NCBI RefSeq assembly: GCF_014251775.1
Contig: NZ_CP059199.1
Coordinates: 270,001 to 302,000 of the forward strand
Source: Candidatus Saccharimonadota bacterium
GTDB lineage: Bacteria; Bacteroidota; Bacteroidia; Flavobacteriales; Blattabacteriaceae
Direction: 5' to 3'
Length of the DNA: 32,000 bases
The translations under genes were made by a program, and so were the position numbers. The notes under the pieces were generated by a model. It did no database searches. It saw nothing but the letters and a program-made list of their open reading frames with translations, and was not told the DNA's origin. Below, piece by piece: positions 9,869 to 20,089 of this stretch (position 1 is the first letter of the stretch; each line of letters begins with the position of its first letter).

Positions 9869-10219
9869 TTATTTATTTTCAATTTTTTCAAACAGTTTTT
9901 TCCTTCTAATTTCTGCATATTGAATTCCATATTTATTCAATTTAACTGTTAAAAAACGTAATATTCTTTCATCTTGTTTTAATTTTAATTCTAAAGAATT
10001 AATTAAATCAGAATTTAATAAAAATTCAAACAAATGATAACATCCACTTTGTTTTTTATGAATAGGATAAGCTAATTTTTTCAATCCCCAATGTTCTTGA
10101 TGAATTATTTTACCTTTTTTCTGAATTAAATAATCTTTATATTCTTTTACGGTTTCTCTTGCTTGATCATCTGATAAAATAGGAGTAATTATCATAATAT
10201 TTTCATAATGTCTTAGCAT
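9869..10219 (-). CDS. rpsF: 30S ribosomal protein S6
   Basis: 116 aa beginning MLRHYENIMIITP...HWGLKKLAYPI. Canonical rpsF-rpsR-rplI gene order. Confidence 0.92.
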   Translation of the reverse strand: MLRHYENIMIITPILSDDQARETVKEYKDYLIQKKGKIIHQEHWGLKKLAYPIHKKQSGCYHLFEFLLNSDLINSLELKLKQDERILRFLTVKLNKYGIQYAEIRRKKLFEKIENK

Positions 10220-10248
10220 AAAAGTTTTTATTTATTTTAAAAATAAAA

Positions 10249-11787
10249 TTATAAAAATTTAATTTTTTCTAATAATTTTTCGATACGAATTATGCTTTCT
10301 TTTTTTCCTAAAATTTCTATTATTAAAAATAAATCCACACCTTTTAAACTTCCAACTAACGATAACCTAACTAATTGCATTGTTATTTTATTATATTTTT
10401 TTAATTGAGAAATGAAAAATTTTAATTGATTAATTAATTCTAACTTAGAACTAGAATTATTAAGTATATTTTTTACTTTTTCTAATCTAGATATTGTATC
10501 TTTCGTAGCATATTTCTTAGAAAAGAATATTTTTTTCAAAAAATCTTCATCATAAGAATTCGGAGGAATGAAAAAATAAAAAGAATGTTTCCAAATTTCA
10601 TTAACAAAATGAATTCGATCCATTGTCAAATTAATTACTTTCCATAAGTAATCTTCTTTAAAATTAAAAAGAAAACGTTTTTTTAATTCTTTTGATAGAA
10701 AAATAAAAATTTTTTTTTTGTTATATTTTATATATTGTTTATTAAACCAAATAGCTTTATTTTTATCGAAAAAAATTCCTGATTTTGTTATTTTTTTTAT
10801 GGAAAAAAAATCAATTAATTCTTGTAAAGAAAAAATTTCTCTATCATTTCCTGGATTCCATCCTAATAATGCTAACATATTGATAAAAGATTCTGGAAAA
10901 TATCCTAATTCTCTATATCCTGGAATATAAATTTTAGTATTTGGAACTTTCCATTGTATAGGTAAAACAGGAAAATCTAAAGAATTTTTTTCATATCTTT
11001 TACTAATTTTTCCTTTTCCATTATTTTTTAGTATTAAAGGTAAATGAGCAAATAAAGGAGGTTTCCATTCAAAAGATTTATATATAAGAATATGAAAAAA
11101 CATAGAAGGTATCCATTCTTCTCCTCTTAAAACATGAGTGATTTTCATAACGTGATCATCAATAGTATTAGCTAAATGATATGTAGGAATTCCATCTGAT
11201 TTCAATAATATTTTATCATCCAAATAATCTGTATTAATTTCTATATTCCCTCTAATAAGATCATATACTTTTAAACGAATTCCGGGTTTAACTTTGAATC
11301 GAATTACATAAGGATGCCGATTTTTTAATTTGTCATATAAACTTTCTTTATTCATAGTTAATGAATTACTTAAGTTCATTCTAACTTTATGATCGTAAGA
11401 AAAATGTAATCCTATTTTTTTATATTCTTTTCTTTTTTTTTCAAGTTCATAGTCGGTATCAAAAGCATAATATGCATCTCCTTTTTTTAATAATTCATTT
11501 AAATAAAATTGATAAATATGTCCTCTTTTAGATTGATAATAAGGGGTATAAGGCCCACCATATCCAACTCCTTCATCAGGTTCTATTCCACACCATTTTA
11601 AAGTTTCTAATATATAAGATTCAGAAATAGATAAAAATCTTTTTTTATCTGTATCTTCTATTCTAAGAATAAATGTTCCTTTGTTTTTTTTAGCAAAAAG
11701 ATAATTATATAATGCTGTTCTTACTCCACCCAAATGAAGTGGTCCAGTAGGACTAGGAGCAAAACGAACCCGTACAATACTTGGCAT
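10249..11787 (-). CDS. gltX: Glutamyl-tRNA synthetase
   Basis: HIGH motif (RFAPSPTGPLHLGG) and a KMSKS-like motif (GKISKR). I placed the start at the ATG at 11787 (MPSIVRVRFAPSP). The upstream 9 codons in the track ORF would overlap mnmE. Confidence 0.9.
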   Translation of the reverse strand: MPSIVRVRFAPSPTGPLHLGGVRTALYNYLFAKKNKGTFILRIEDTDKKRFLSISESYILETLKWCGIEPDEGVGYGGPYTPYYQSKRGHIYQFYLNELLKKGDAYYAFDTDYELEKKRKEYKKIGLHFSYDHKVRMNLSNSLTMNKESLYDKLKNRHPYVIRFKVKPGIRLKVYDLIRGNIEINTDYLDDKILLKSDGIPTYHLANTIDDHVMKITHVLRGEEWIPSMFFHILIYKSFEWKPPLFAHLPLILKNNGKGKISKRYEKNSLDFPVLPIQWKVPNTKIYIPGYRELGYFPESFINMLALLGWNPGNDREIFSLQELIDFFSIKKITKSGIFFDKNKAIWFNKQYIKYNKKKIFIFLSKELKKRFLFNFKEDYLWKVINLTMDRIHFVNEIWKHSFYFFIPPNSYDEDFLKKIFFSKKYATKDTISRLEKVKNILNNSSSKLELINQLKFFISQLKKYNKITMQLVRLSLVGSLKGVDLFLIIEILGKKESIIRIEKLLEKIKFL

Positions 11788-11798
11788 ATAAAAAAATA

Positions 11799-13208
11799 TT
11801 ATTTTCCAATACAAAATTTAGAAAAAATATTATTCAATATATCTTCATTAGTTACTTCACCAGTAATTTCACTTAAAAAAGATAACGATTCTTTAATATG
11901 TATAGAAATTAAATCTTCCGAACCGTTTTTGCTAAAAATATTTAAAGCAAATGAAATTTCTCTTAAAGAATTTTTTAAAGCTTCATAATGTCTTATTTGT
12001 GTAACAACTACTTGATTTTCTTTCAATTTTTTAATAAAAATCTCACTTAATACATGAATCAAATCCTTAATTCCAATATTATTTTTCGCAGAAATTTCAA
12101 AAAAATAGGAAAATTTATATTTCATATTATAAAAATCTTTAAAATAAACAATATCTGATTTATTAGCTATTACGAATATAATTTTTTTAGGATATTTCTT
12201 GTATAATCTAAAAATATAATTCACCAATTTTTTCTGTTCTATTTTTCCAATAGATGAATTAAATAAATAAAAAATTATCGAAGATTCTTCTATTTTTTCT
12301 ACTGTTTTTTTTAATCCTAAAATTTCAACGGAATCATTAGATTTCCGTATACCTGCTGTATCAAAAAAACGAAAAAGTATTCCATTCGAAACAATAGTTC
12401 CTTCTATAAAATCTCTAGTTGTTCCTATTGTAGAGGAAACTATTGATCTATCTTCTTGAATAACTTTATTAAAAAAAGTTGATTTTCCTACATTAGGATT
12501 TCCAATTATTACTACATTAATTCCTTTTTTTATAGCATTTCCTAATAAAAAAGATTCAATTAAAACTTGTAATTTATCTTTTATTTTCTGTAGAGAAAAA
12601 TTCATTTTTTTGTAATTATGCTTTGTAGCAAGTAAATGTTCTTCCGAAAATTCTAATTCTAATTCTAATAAAGATAGAAAATTTAACAAATTATTTTTTA
12701 ATTTTTTAATTTCTTTATTTAAAGACCCTTTAACTTGTTGTAAAGATATATCATGAGATATTTTACTTTCTGAAGTAATCAAATCTGCAATAGCTTCAGC
12801 TTGTGTTAAATCTAACTTTTTATTCATAAAAGCACGTAATGTAAATTCTCCAGGTTTTGCTATACGCATTCCTTTATCCATCAATAATCGTAATATTCTT
12901 TCTTGTATATAATATGATCCATGACAATAAATTTCAATCATGTTTTCTCCAGTATAAGAATAAGGAGATCTAAAAATAGATACCATTACTTGATCAATAA
13001 CATTTTTATTAATTTTATTAATATCATTTATATAACCTAAATGAATTGTATGTGTTGATTGTTTTCCTAATTTTTTTCCAATTTTTACAGAATGAAAAAT
13101 ATCTTCAACAATAGCTATTGATCTTTTTCCAGAAATACGAATAATAGAAATTGCACTAGTACCTATAGAAGGAGTTGCTATAGCAACAATGGTGGCATCA
13201 TCGAACAT
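11799..13208 (-). CDS. mnmE: tRNA modification GTPase MnmE (TrmE)
   Basis: 469 aa with N-terminus DTIVAIATP, G-domain motifs GNPNVGKST and DTAG, and the conserved C-terminal FCIGK. Confidence 0.92.
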   Translation of the reverse strand: MFDDATIVAIATPSIGTSAISIIRISGKRSIAIVEDIFHSVKIGKKLGKQSTHTIHLGYINDINKINKNVIDQVMVSIFRSPYSYTGENMIEIYCHGSYYIQERILRLLMDKGMRIAKPGEFTLRAFMNKKLDLTQAEAIADLITSESKISHDISLQQVKGSLNKEIKKLKNNLLNFLSLLELELEFSEEHLLATKHNYKKMNFSLQKIKDKLQVLIESFLLGNAIKKGINVVIIGNPNVGKSTFFNKVIQEDRSIVSSTIGTTRDFIEGTIVSNGILFRFFDTAGIRKSNDSVEILGLKKTVEKIEESSIIFYLFNSSIGKIEQKKLVNYIFRLYKKYPKKIIFVIANKSDIVYFKDFYNMKYKFSYFFEISAKNNIGIKDLIHVLSEIFIKKLKENQVVVTQIRHYEALKNSLREISFALNIFSKNGSEDLISIHIKESLSFLSEITGEVTNEDILNNIFSKFCIGK

Positions 13209-13262
13209 GTTTTTTTTTATAAAAAAAAATTATAGCTAAATTTAAAAATACAAATTTTATTT

Positions 13263-14152
13263 ATGAAATCTATTTGCCAATTTTATCATTTTTTTAAAAA
13301 AAAATTAAAAAAATTATATAAAAGCAACAGAGAATTGGAGAATATATTTTTTCTACTAGCTACTGATGTATTAAAATGTGATAAGACTACTTTAATAATA
13401 AAAATGATTCAAAATAAAAATATAGATTTTTTTTTTATAAAAAATTATTGAAAAAATTATGGGAATTAAAAAATAATAAACCCATTCAATATGTGATTGG
13501 AAAAACTTATTTTTTTGGAATAAAATTTTTCATTCAAGAAAATGTATTTATTCCTAGACCAGAAACCGAAGAGTTGGTATATTGGATTATTAAAAATCAT
13601 ATTAATATTCATAAAAAATTACAGGTATTTGATTTATGTACAGGTAGTGGATGTATTGGTATAACTTTAAAACAAAAAATACCTCAAATCAGAAAAATTT
13701 ATGCTATAGATTTTTCTAAAACAGCTATTAAAAATGCCTATAAAAATGCAATATTAAATCATGTAGAACTTACCTTTATAAAATTGGATATTCTAAATAA
13801 CATAAATTTAATACCTAAATCAATTATAGAAAAAAATTTCATTAATATCATAGTTAGCAATCCACCTTATGTCAAAAAATCTCACAAAAAATTCTTACAT
13901 CCTATTATTCAATATGAACCACATCATGCTTTATTTGTACCAGATGAAGATCCAATAATATTTTATAAAAAAATTTCATTATGGATTATAAATAATTTTA
14001 TTGGAATGGTTTACGTTTATTTTGAAATAAACCAATTATATTATTTAGAAATAATTTTTTTCTTAAAAAGATTAGGTTTTATAAATATAAAAATAAAGAA
14101 AGATTTTCAAGGTTTATTTAGAATGATTTCTGCAGAATATAAAGGAAAGTAA
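13263..14152 (+). CDS. prmC: Release-factor glutamine N5-methyltransferase PrmC (HemK), split into two reading frames by a frameshift in a T10 tract. It is either a pseudogene or is rescued by slippage.
   Basis: ORF 13263..13451 encodes the N-terminal helical domain (NRELENIFFLLATDVLKCDKTTLII). The frame open from 13418, which the track starts at TTG 13448, encodes the rest: KPIQYVIGKTYFFG, IPRPETE, DLCTGSGCIG and the catalytic NPPY. The two pieces together match the ~280-300 aa length of PrmC. Confidence 0.8.
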
Positions 14153-14163
14153 TTAGAATAGAA

Positions 14164-16170
14164 ATGAAAAAAATAGATAAAAAAATCATCCAAAAAATTT
14201 CAATTTTAAGGAAAGAAATATTGGATTACAACTATAAATATTATAATCTAAATTTTTCTGAAGTCCCTGATTTTATTTTCGATAAAAAATTGAGAGAATT
14301 AATAAATTTAGAAAAACAATATCCTGAATTATATGATTCAAATTCTCCTACTATAAAAATAGGTACTGAAGTTATTGAAAATTCAAAAAATTATAAATAT
14401 AAAATGTATTCTCTTAAAAATGCATATTCTATAGATGATTTGATAGACTGGAATAAAAAAATTAAAAAATCATTAAAAAATTTTTCTTTCATTTGTGAAT
14501 TAAAATATGATGGAGTATCCATAAACTTAATTTATAAAAAAGGAATTTTAGCATATGCCGTGACTAGAGGTAATGGAGAAACTGGAGAAAATGTTACAAA
14601 TAATATTAGACATATAAAATCTATTCCTTTAAAATTAAAAGGAGAAGGAGAAAAAATTACTAATTATTTAGAAATAAGAGGCGAAATTTTTATTCCCAAA
14701 AAAAAATTTATAGATATAAATAAAATCCGTTTAAAATATGGAAAAAAATTATATTCAAATCCAAGAAATACAGTTAGTGGATTAATTAAAACTAAAGATA
14801 TCAATAAAATACGTAAAATTAAATTATCATTTGTAGCATTTCAAATCATTGGTAAAAATTTTATCACACAATATCAAGCTTTGGAGGAGATGAAAAATTT
14901 TGGTTTTATAATTCCTAATACAGCTAGGATTTTTAAAAGGTTAGAAGAAGTATTTTTTTTTGTAAAAAAATGGGAAAAATATAGATATAATTTACCTTAT
15001 CAAATAGATGGAATAGTTATTAAAATTAATGAATGTAAAAAACAATTAATAGCAGGATATACTAATAAATATCCCAAATGGGCCATCGCTTATAAATTCA
15101 AGCAAACCCCATTAGAAACTAAGTTATTAAATATAAAATATCAAGTGGGGCGTACAGGAGTAATTACTCCTGTAGCACAGGTTAATCCTGTTAATATATC
15201 TGGAACTACAATAAAAAAGGTAAATTTTTATAATAATTTTTTTATTCAAAAAAAAGGAATTTGCCATGGAGATATAATTTTTTTAGAAAAAGGAGGGGAT
15301 ATTATCCCAATAATTAAAGAAATAAACAAATCAAAAAGATTAAATGATACATCTCCAATTAAATTTTTAAAAAAATGTCCATCATGCAATAGTTTATTAA
15401 TCAATAAAAAAAAATTATTTTATTGTATCAATAATAATTGTTATTCTAAAATAATCATGAAATTTGCTCATTTTGTGAGTGTAAATGGTATGAACATAAA
15501 AAAAATTGGGATTAATACTATACAAAAACTTTATGAAAAAGGTTTTTTGAAAAAAATACCTGATTTATTTAGATTAAAAAAAAGTGATTTAACAAAAATA
15601 ATTGGAATAAACGAAAAATTAGCTTTCAGTATAATAGATAATATAAAAAAATCTAAAATAAATCCTTATCATAGAGTATTATATTCTTTAGGAATCCGTA
15701 ATATTGGTGAAAATTTTTCTAAAAAACTTACTGAATATTTTAATGATATTGACTCTTTGATGAATGCAGATTACAAAAATTTAATTTCTATATCTGGAAT
15801 AGGAGAAAAAATAGCAAAAAATATTATTCTTTATTTTTCTATTTTAGAAAATAGAAAAATCATTAAAGAACTAATGCAACATGGATTAAATTTTTCTAAA
15901 CAATCAAAAAAAATAAACCATTATTCTTTTCTAATGGGAAAATCCATTGTTTTTACAGGAAAATTACCTTACATGACTCGTCGTAGAGCAAAAAATATAG
16001 TAGAATCATTAGGAGGAAAAGTCTATAATAATCTGAATAAAGATATTGATTTTTTAATAGTTGGAAAAAATTTTGGATCAAAATTAAAAAAAAGTTTTGA
16101 AAAAATTCAAATACAAAGATTAACAGAAAAAGAATTTAAAAAAATTCTTAAAAAAGAAGGGAGTATTTGA
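14164..16170 (+). CDS. ligA: NAD-dependent DNA ligase
   Basis: 668 aa with the adenylation motif CELKYDGVS, a four-Cys zinc finger (CPSC...CINNNC), an HhH region and a C-terminal BRCT domain (GKSIVFTGKL). Confidence 0.95.
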   Translation: MKKIDKKIIQKISILRKEILDYNYKYYNLNFSEVPDFIFDKKLRELINLEKQYPELYDSNSPTIKIGTEVIENSKNYKYKMYSLKNAYSIDDLIDWNKKIKKSLKNFSFICELKYDGVSINLIYKKGILAYAVTRGNGETGENVTNNIRHIKSIPLKLKGEGEKITNYLEIRGEIFIPKKKFIDINKIRLKYGKKLYSNPRNTVSGLIKTKDINKIRKIKLSFVAFQIIGKNFITQYQALEEMKNFGFIIPNTARIFKRLEEVFFFVKKWEKYRYNLPYQIDGIVIKINECKKQLIAGYTNKYPKWAIAYKFKQTPLETKLLNIKYQVGRTGVITPVAQVNPVNISGTTIKKVNFYNNFFIQKKGICHGDIIFLEKGGDIIPIIKEINKSKRLNDTSPIKFLKKCPSCNSLLINKKKLFYCINNNCYSKIIMKFAHFVSVNGMNIKKIGINTIQKLYEKGFLKKIPDLFRLKKSDLTKIIGINEKLAFSIIDNIKKSKINPYHRVLYSLGIRNIGENFSKKLTEYFNDIDSLMNADYKNLISISGIGEKIAKNIILYFSILENRKIIKELMQHGLNFSKQSKKINHYSFLMGKSIVFTGKLPYMTRRRAKNIVESLGGKVYNNLNKDIDFLIVGKNFGSKLKKSFEKIQIQRLTEKEFKKILKKEGSI

Positions 16171-16175
16171 AAAAA

Positions 16176-16203
16176 ATCATTATGTTGTAATGGTTTTTTT
16201 TTT
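16176..16203 (+). terminator. Putative intrinsic terminator downstream of ligA
   Basis: 7-bp stem atcatta/taatggt (one U-G pair), 5-nt loop tgttg, then a run of 9 T. The upstream A-run can extend the stem. It begins 6 nt after the ligA stop. The stem is AT-rich, so predicted stability is modest. Confidence 0.45.
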
Positions 16204-16326
16204 CATATAGAAAACAGTATATTTAAAAATAAAAATATTAAAGTGGTGATTATAATCATTCAAAAAAAATCAATAGCATAATAATTGCCATTTGCATCGT
16301 TTAAATATAAAATCTATTTTTTTTTT

Positions 16327-18729
16327 ATGTTACTAAAAAATATATTTTCCGAATCTGGATTCGAATCTGAAGCTGAATTCATTCCATTAATGAATCAAGA
16401 TGAAGAAGATCAGCTACTAAAAGATGATATTCCTAAACAGTTAGGTATATTAACAGTAAGAAATATGGTTTTATATTCTGGTATTGTTTTTCCAATCATA
16501 GCAGGAAGAAGTGGATCGATTCGATTATTACAAGATGCCTATGAATCGGATAAAACAGTAGGAGTATTAACTCAAAAAAATCCTGGAATTGAAAAAGTTT
16601 TAGAAAAGGATTTATATTCTATTGGGACCGTAGCTAAAATACTAAAATTATTAAAAATGCCTGATGGAAATACTACTGTTATTTTACAAGGAAAAAAACG
16701 ATTTAAAGTTAATCGTTTTACACAAAATCATCCATATTTCAAAGCTGAAATAATTGCTTTAGAAGAAAAAAAACCTTCTTGTAAGGATAAAGAATATATT
16801 GCTTTAGTAGATTCAATAAAAGAAATTTCTATAAAAATAGTTCAAGATAATCCAAATATACCATCAGAAGCTAGTATTGCCATACGAAATATTGAAAGTC
16901 CATCTTTTCTAATAAACTTTGTAGCGGCTAATATGAACTTAAATACTAGGGATAAACAAAAATTATTAGAATATGATGATTTAAAAAAAAGAGCAATGGA
17001 GGAATTGCGCTTTTTAAATAAAGAACATCAGCAAATTCAATTAAAAAATGATATACAATCCCGTGTTAGAAATGATATGGATCAACAACAAAGAGAATAT
17101 TTTTTACACCAACAAATTAAAGCCATCCAAGAGGAGTTAGGGGATATTTCTTATGAAAAAGAATTTGAAGAAATGCGTATTAAAGCTTCTCAAAAAAAAT
17201 GGTCTCAAGAAGCAAAAGAACAATTTAATAGAGAATTCTTAAAAATGCAAAGAACTACTCCACAAATGCCTGAATATACGGTACAAAGGAATTATTTAGA
17301 ATTCATGATCGATTTACCTTGGGAAAAATGTTCAACAGATAATTTCGATTTAGAATATGCACAAAAAATATTGGATAGAGATCATTATGGTTTAGAAAAA
17401 ATAAAAGTAAGAATTATAGAATATTTAGCCGTATTAAAGTTGAGAAAAGATATGCGTTCACCTATTTTATGTTTTTATGGACCACCTGGGGTTGGAAAAA
17501 CTTCATTAGGAAAATCTATAGCAACTGCTATTAAAAGAAAATATGTTCGTATTTCTGTAGGAGGAATGCATGATGAATCCGAAATTCGTGGTCATAGAAG
17601 AACTTACATTGGTGCTATGCCGGGAAGATTATTACAATCGATTAGAAAAATAGGGACCTCTAATCCTGTTTTTGTAATTGATGAAATTGATAAAATGGTA
17701 ATAGGTCCCAATGGTGATCCGGCATCCGCTATGTTAGAGGTATTAGATCCTGAACAAAATACATCGTTTTATGATAATTTTTTAGAAATAGGATATGATT
17801 TATCAAAAGTTTTATTTATAGCTACTGCAAATAGTATTTCACATATTCCACATGCATTACTAGATAGAATGGAGATTGTAAATATCAACGGATATACATT
17901 AGAAGAAAAATCTAAAATAGCAAAAAAACATATAGTACCTAAACAATTAAAAGAAAACGGTTTAAAAAAATCTGATTTAATTCTAGGAATTAAACAGATC
18001 AAAAATATTATTGAAAATTATACTAGAGAATCTGGATTGAGATCTTTGGAAAAAAAAATTGCAAAATTAACACGTTATGTAGCTAAGAATATCGCTATGG
18101 ATAAAAAATATACCAAACGTATGAATATTGAAAAGATAGAAAGCATATTAGGATCTCCAAAAAAACCTAGTATTTATGAAGGTAATAATACGCCTGGAGT
18201 AGTTACTGGTCTAGCTTGGACTAATTTTGGAGGTGATATACTATATATAGAATCTATTTTATCTCAAGGAAGTGGTGATTTAAGTATTACTGGAAATTTA
18301 GGAGAAATTATGAAAGAATCTGCTACAATAGCTTTACAATATATTAAGGCTCATTATAAAGAATTTAATATAGATCCTAAAATGTTTGAAGAAAAAAATG
18401 TACATATTCACGTACCTGAAGGTGCAGTTCCTAAAGATGGACCTTCAGCTGGAATAACAATGTTAACTTCAATGGTTTCATGCTATACCAATAGAAAATT
18501 AAAACCTTATTTAGCAATGACTGGAGAGATAACTCTAAGAGGAGCAGTATTACCTGTAGGAGGGATTCAAGAAAAGATATTAGCGGCTAAAAGAGCTAAT
18601 ATTCAAGAAATTATTCTATCATATGCAAATAAAAAAGATGTAGAGGAGATTAAACCAGAACATTTAAAAGGATTAACTTTTGATTATGTAAAAAATATGA
18701 ATGATGTAATTAATATATCTCTATTGTAA
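16327..18729 (+). CDS. lon: ATP-dependent Lon protease
   Basis: Walker A GPPGVGKTS, Walker B VFVIDEIDK, catalytic Ser in PKDGPSAGITM and Lys in EKILAAKRA. I placed the start at the ATG at 16327. The track ORF begins at TTG 16285 and adds 14 non-conserved residues. Confidence 0.93.
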   Translation: MLLKNIFSESGFESEAEFIPLMNQDEEDQLLKDDIPKQLGILTVRNMVLYSGIVFPIIAGRSGSIRLLQDAYESDKTVGVLTQKNPGIEKVLEKDLYSIGTVAKILKLLKMPDGNTTVILQGKKRFKVNRFTQNHPYFKAEIIALEEKKPSCKDKEYIALVDSIKEISIKIVQDNPNIPSEASIAIRNIESPSFLINFVAANMNLNTRDKQKLLEYDDLKKRAMEELRFLNKEHQQIQLKNDIQSRVRNDMDQQQREYFLHQQIKAIQEELGDISYEKEFEEMRIKASQKKWSQEAKEQFNREFLKMQRTTPQMPEYTVQRNYLEFMIDLPWEKCSTDNFDLEYAQKILDRDHYGLEKIKVRIIEYLAVLKLRKDMRSPILCFYGPPGVGKTSLGKSIATAIKRKYVRISVGGMHDESEIRGHRRTYIGAMPGRLLQSIRKIGTSNPVFVIDEIDKMVIGPNGDPASAMLEVLDPEQNTSFYDNFLEIGYDLSKVLFIATANSISHIPHALLDRMEIVNINGYTLEEKSKIAKKHIVPKQLKENGLKKSDLILGIKQIKNIIENYTRESGLRSLEKKIAKLTRYVAKNIAMDKKYTKRMNIEKIESILGSPKKPSIYEGNNTPGVVTGLAWTNFGGDILYIESILSQGSGDLSITGNLGEIMKESATIALQYIKAHYKEFNIDPKMFEEKNVHIHVPEGAVPKDGPSAGITMLTSMVSCYTNRKLKPYLAMTGEITLRGAVLPVGGIQEKILAAKRANIQEIILSYANKKDVEEIKPEHLKGLTFDYVKNMNDVINISLL

Positions 18730-18732
18730 CAA

Positions 18733-19965
18733 ATGAATCAACAAAAAAAAAAATACAATGAATATCTAATTAAATTAGCAAAAAAATACGGAACTCCACT
18801 ATATATATATGATTCTTATAAAATAAAAAAACAATACCAAAAAATGGTAAATTCTTTTAGTGGAATAAAAAAACTGATAATAAATTATGCTTGTAAAGCA
18901 AATACCAATCTAAATATATTAAAATTATTTCATACTTTAGGAAGTGGATTAGATACAGTTTCTATCCAAGAAATAGAAATAGGATTAAAAGCAGGATTTA
19001 ATCCAAAAAAAATTATATTTACTCCTAATTGTGTTTCTATTCAAGAGATAAAAAAAGCTGTAGAACTAGGAGTTAGAATTAATCTAGATAATTTATCGAT
19101 ATTAGAACAATTTGGATATCACTTTCCTAATTATTCTATAGGAATAAGAATAAATCCTCATATAATGGCGGGAGGAAATAAAAAAATTTCAGTAGGTCAT
19201 ATTGATTCTAAATTTGGGATTTCTCATTATCAAATTCCTCATGTAAAAAGAATATTAAAAAATACTGGATTAAAAGTTGAAGGATTTCATATGCATACTG
19301 GATCTGATATATCAGATCCTAAATATTTTTTAGAAGGAGCAAAAATTCTCTTTCAAATAGCTATAGAATTTCCTAAAATTGATTATATTGATTTAGGAAG
19401 TGGATTTAAAGTGCCATATAAAAAAGAAGATATAAAAACAGATCTTTATTCGTTGAGTAAAATAATAACCAATGAATTCAATAATTTTTTCCAAAATTAT
19501 ATAAATAAAAATTTTATTACTTTAATATTTGAACCAGGAAAATTTTTAGTTAGTGAATCTGGATATTTTTTAGTAAGTGTAAATGTAATCAAACATACTA
19601 CTTCTACTGTATTTGCTGGAGTAGATTCAGGATTTAATCATTTTATTAGGCCTATGTTCTATGATGCATATCATTGCATAGAGAATATTTCTAATCCAAA
19701 TGGATGTTTTAGGTTGTACACAGTGGTAGGTTATATTTGTGAATCTGATACCTTTGGATTCAATAGAAAAATTTCTGAAATTCATGAAGGAGATATTTTA
19801 TGTATTAAAAATGCAGGTGCTTATTGTTTTTCTATGTCATCTAATTATAACTCCCGTTATAGACCATCTGAAGTGATGCTTTTGAATGGAAAAGATTTTT
19901 TAATAAGAAAAAGGGAAACTATGCAAGATCTTTTAAAAAATATAATTGAAATTCCAATTTCTTGA
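18733..19965 (+). CDS. lysA: Diaminopimelate decarboxylase
   Basis: 410 aa with the PLP-Lys region YACKANTN and motifs HMHTGS, EPGKFLV, GYICESD and GAYCFSMSSNYNSR. Confidence 0.9.
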   Translation: MNQQKKKYNEYLIKLAKKYGTPLYIYDSYKIKKQYQKMVNSFSGIKKLIINYACKANTNLNILKLFHTLGSGLDTVSIQEIEIGLKAGFNPKKIIFTPNCVSIQEIKKAVELGVRINLDNLSILEQFGYHFPNYSIGIRINPHIMAGGNKKISVGHIDSKFGISHYQIPHVKRILKNTGLKVEGFHMHTGSDISDPKYFLEGAKILFQIAIEFPKIDYIDLGSGFKVPYKKEDIKTDLYSLSKIITNEFNNFFQNYINKNFITLIFEPGKFLVSESGYFLVSVNVIKHTTSTVFAGVDSGFNHFIRPMFYDAYHCIENISNPNGCFRLYTVVGYICESDTFGFNRKISEIHEGDILCIKNAGAYCFSMSSNYNSRYRPSEVMLLNGKDFLIRKRETMQDLLKNIIEIPIS

Positions 19966-19983
19966 ATATGTTGTATAATCTAT

Positions 19984-20069
19984 GGAGAGATGGCAGAGTG
20001 GTTAATTGCGGCGGTCTTGAAAACCGTTGAGGTTTGTTGCCTCCGGGGGTTCGAATCCCTCTCTCTCCG
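19984..20069 (+). tRNA. tRNA-Ser (anticodon UGA), class II with a long variable arm; CCA not encoded
   Basis: I folded this by hand. Acceptor GGAGAGA/TCTCTCC, anticodon stem GCGGT/ACCGT with loop CTTGAAA (anticodon TGA), long variable arm, T-loop TTCGAAT, discriminator G. 86 nt. Confidence 0.9.
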
Positions 20070-20089
20070 TTTTTTTAAAAAAATTAATT

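Noticed and set aside
9859-9930. N-terminal extensions implied by the ORF track for rpsR (9859..9930), gltX (11788..11814), lon (16285..16326, TTG start) and the exonuclease (21705..21818).
   Set aside because: Each extension overlaps a neighbouring gene or adds non-conserved residues ahead of an ATG that begins the conserved N-terminus. I chose the internal ATG starts instead.
13210-13229. The T9-AT-A9 perfect palindrome in the divergent mnmE/prmC spacer, and the minus-to-plus strand switch there, considered as a possible replication origin (mnmE is often origin-proximal).
   Set aside because: The spacer is only 54 bp and has no DnaA-box-like repeats. The window contains five further strand switches (at about 20.07, 21.8, 22.7, 23.3 and 25.9 kb), so the polarity change is not diagnostic. 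I cannot assess GC skew reliably by eye. An A/T palindrome of this kind is expected by chance at this base composition.
16168-16170. Possible UGA reassignment (genetic code 4), as seen in some tiny symbiont genomes, which could also explain the prmC interruption.
   Set aside because: TGA ends ligA (16168..16170), lysA (19963..19965) and ribB at the expected protein lengths. Trp is encoded by TGG, for example in the trxA WAPW motif. The two prmC halves are in different frames, so reading through TGA 13449..13451 would not join them.
16247-16258. 12-bp palindrome tgattataatca upstream of lon, considered as a heat-shock operator or promoter.
   Set aside because: It has no resemblance to the CIRCE consensus (TTAGCACTC-N9-GAGTGCTAA). 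I could not find a Bacteroidetes-type TAnnTTTG -7 element at suitable spacing. Short A/T palindromes are common here.
20070-20083. T7A7 palindrome immediately after tRNA-Ser, between the convergent tRNA-Ser and metG, considered as a bidirectional terminator.
   Set aside because: It has no G/C-containing stem of its own. It would only work as a U-tract following the tRNA acceptor or T-arm helix, which is speculative. I did not call it as a feature.
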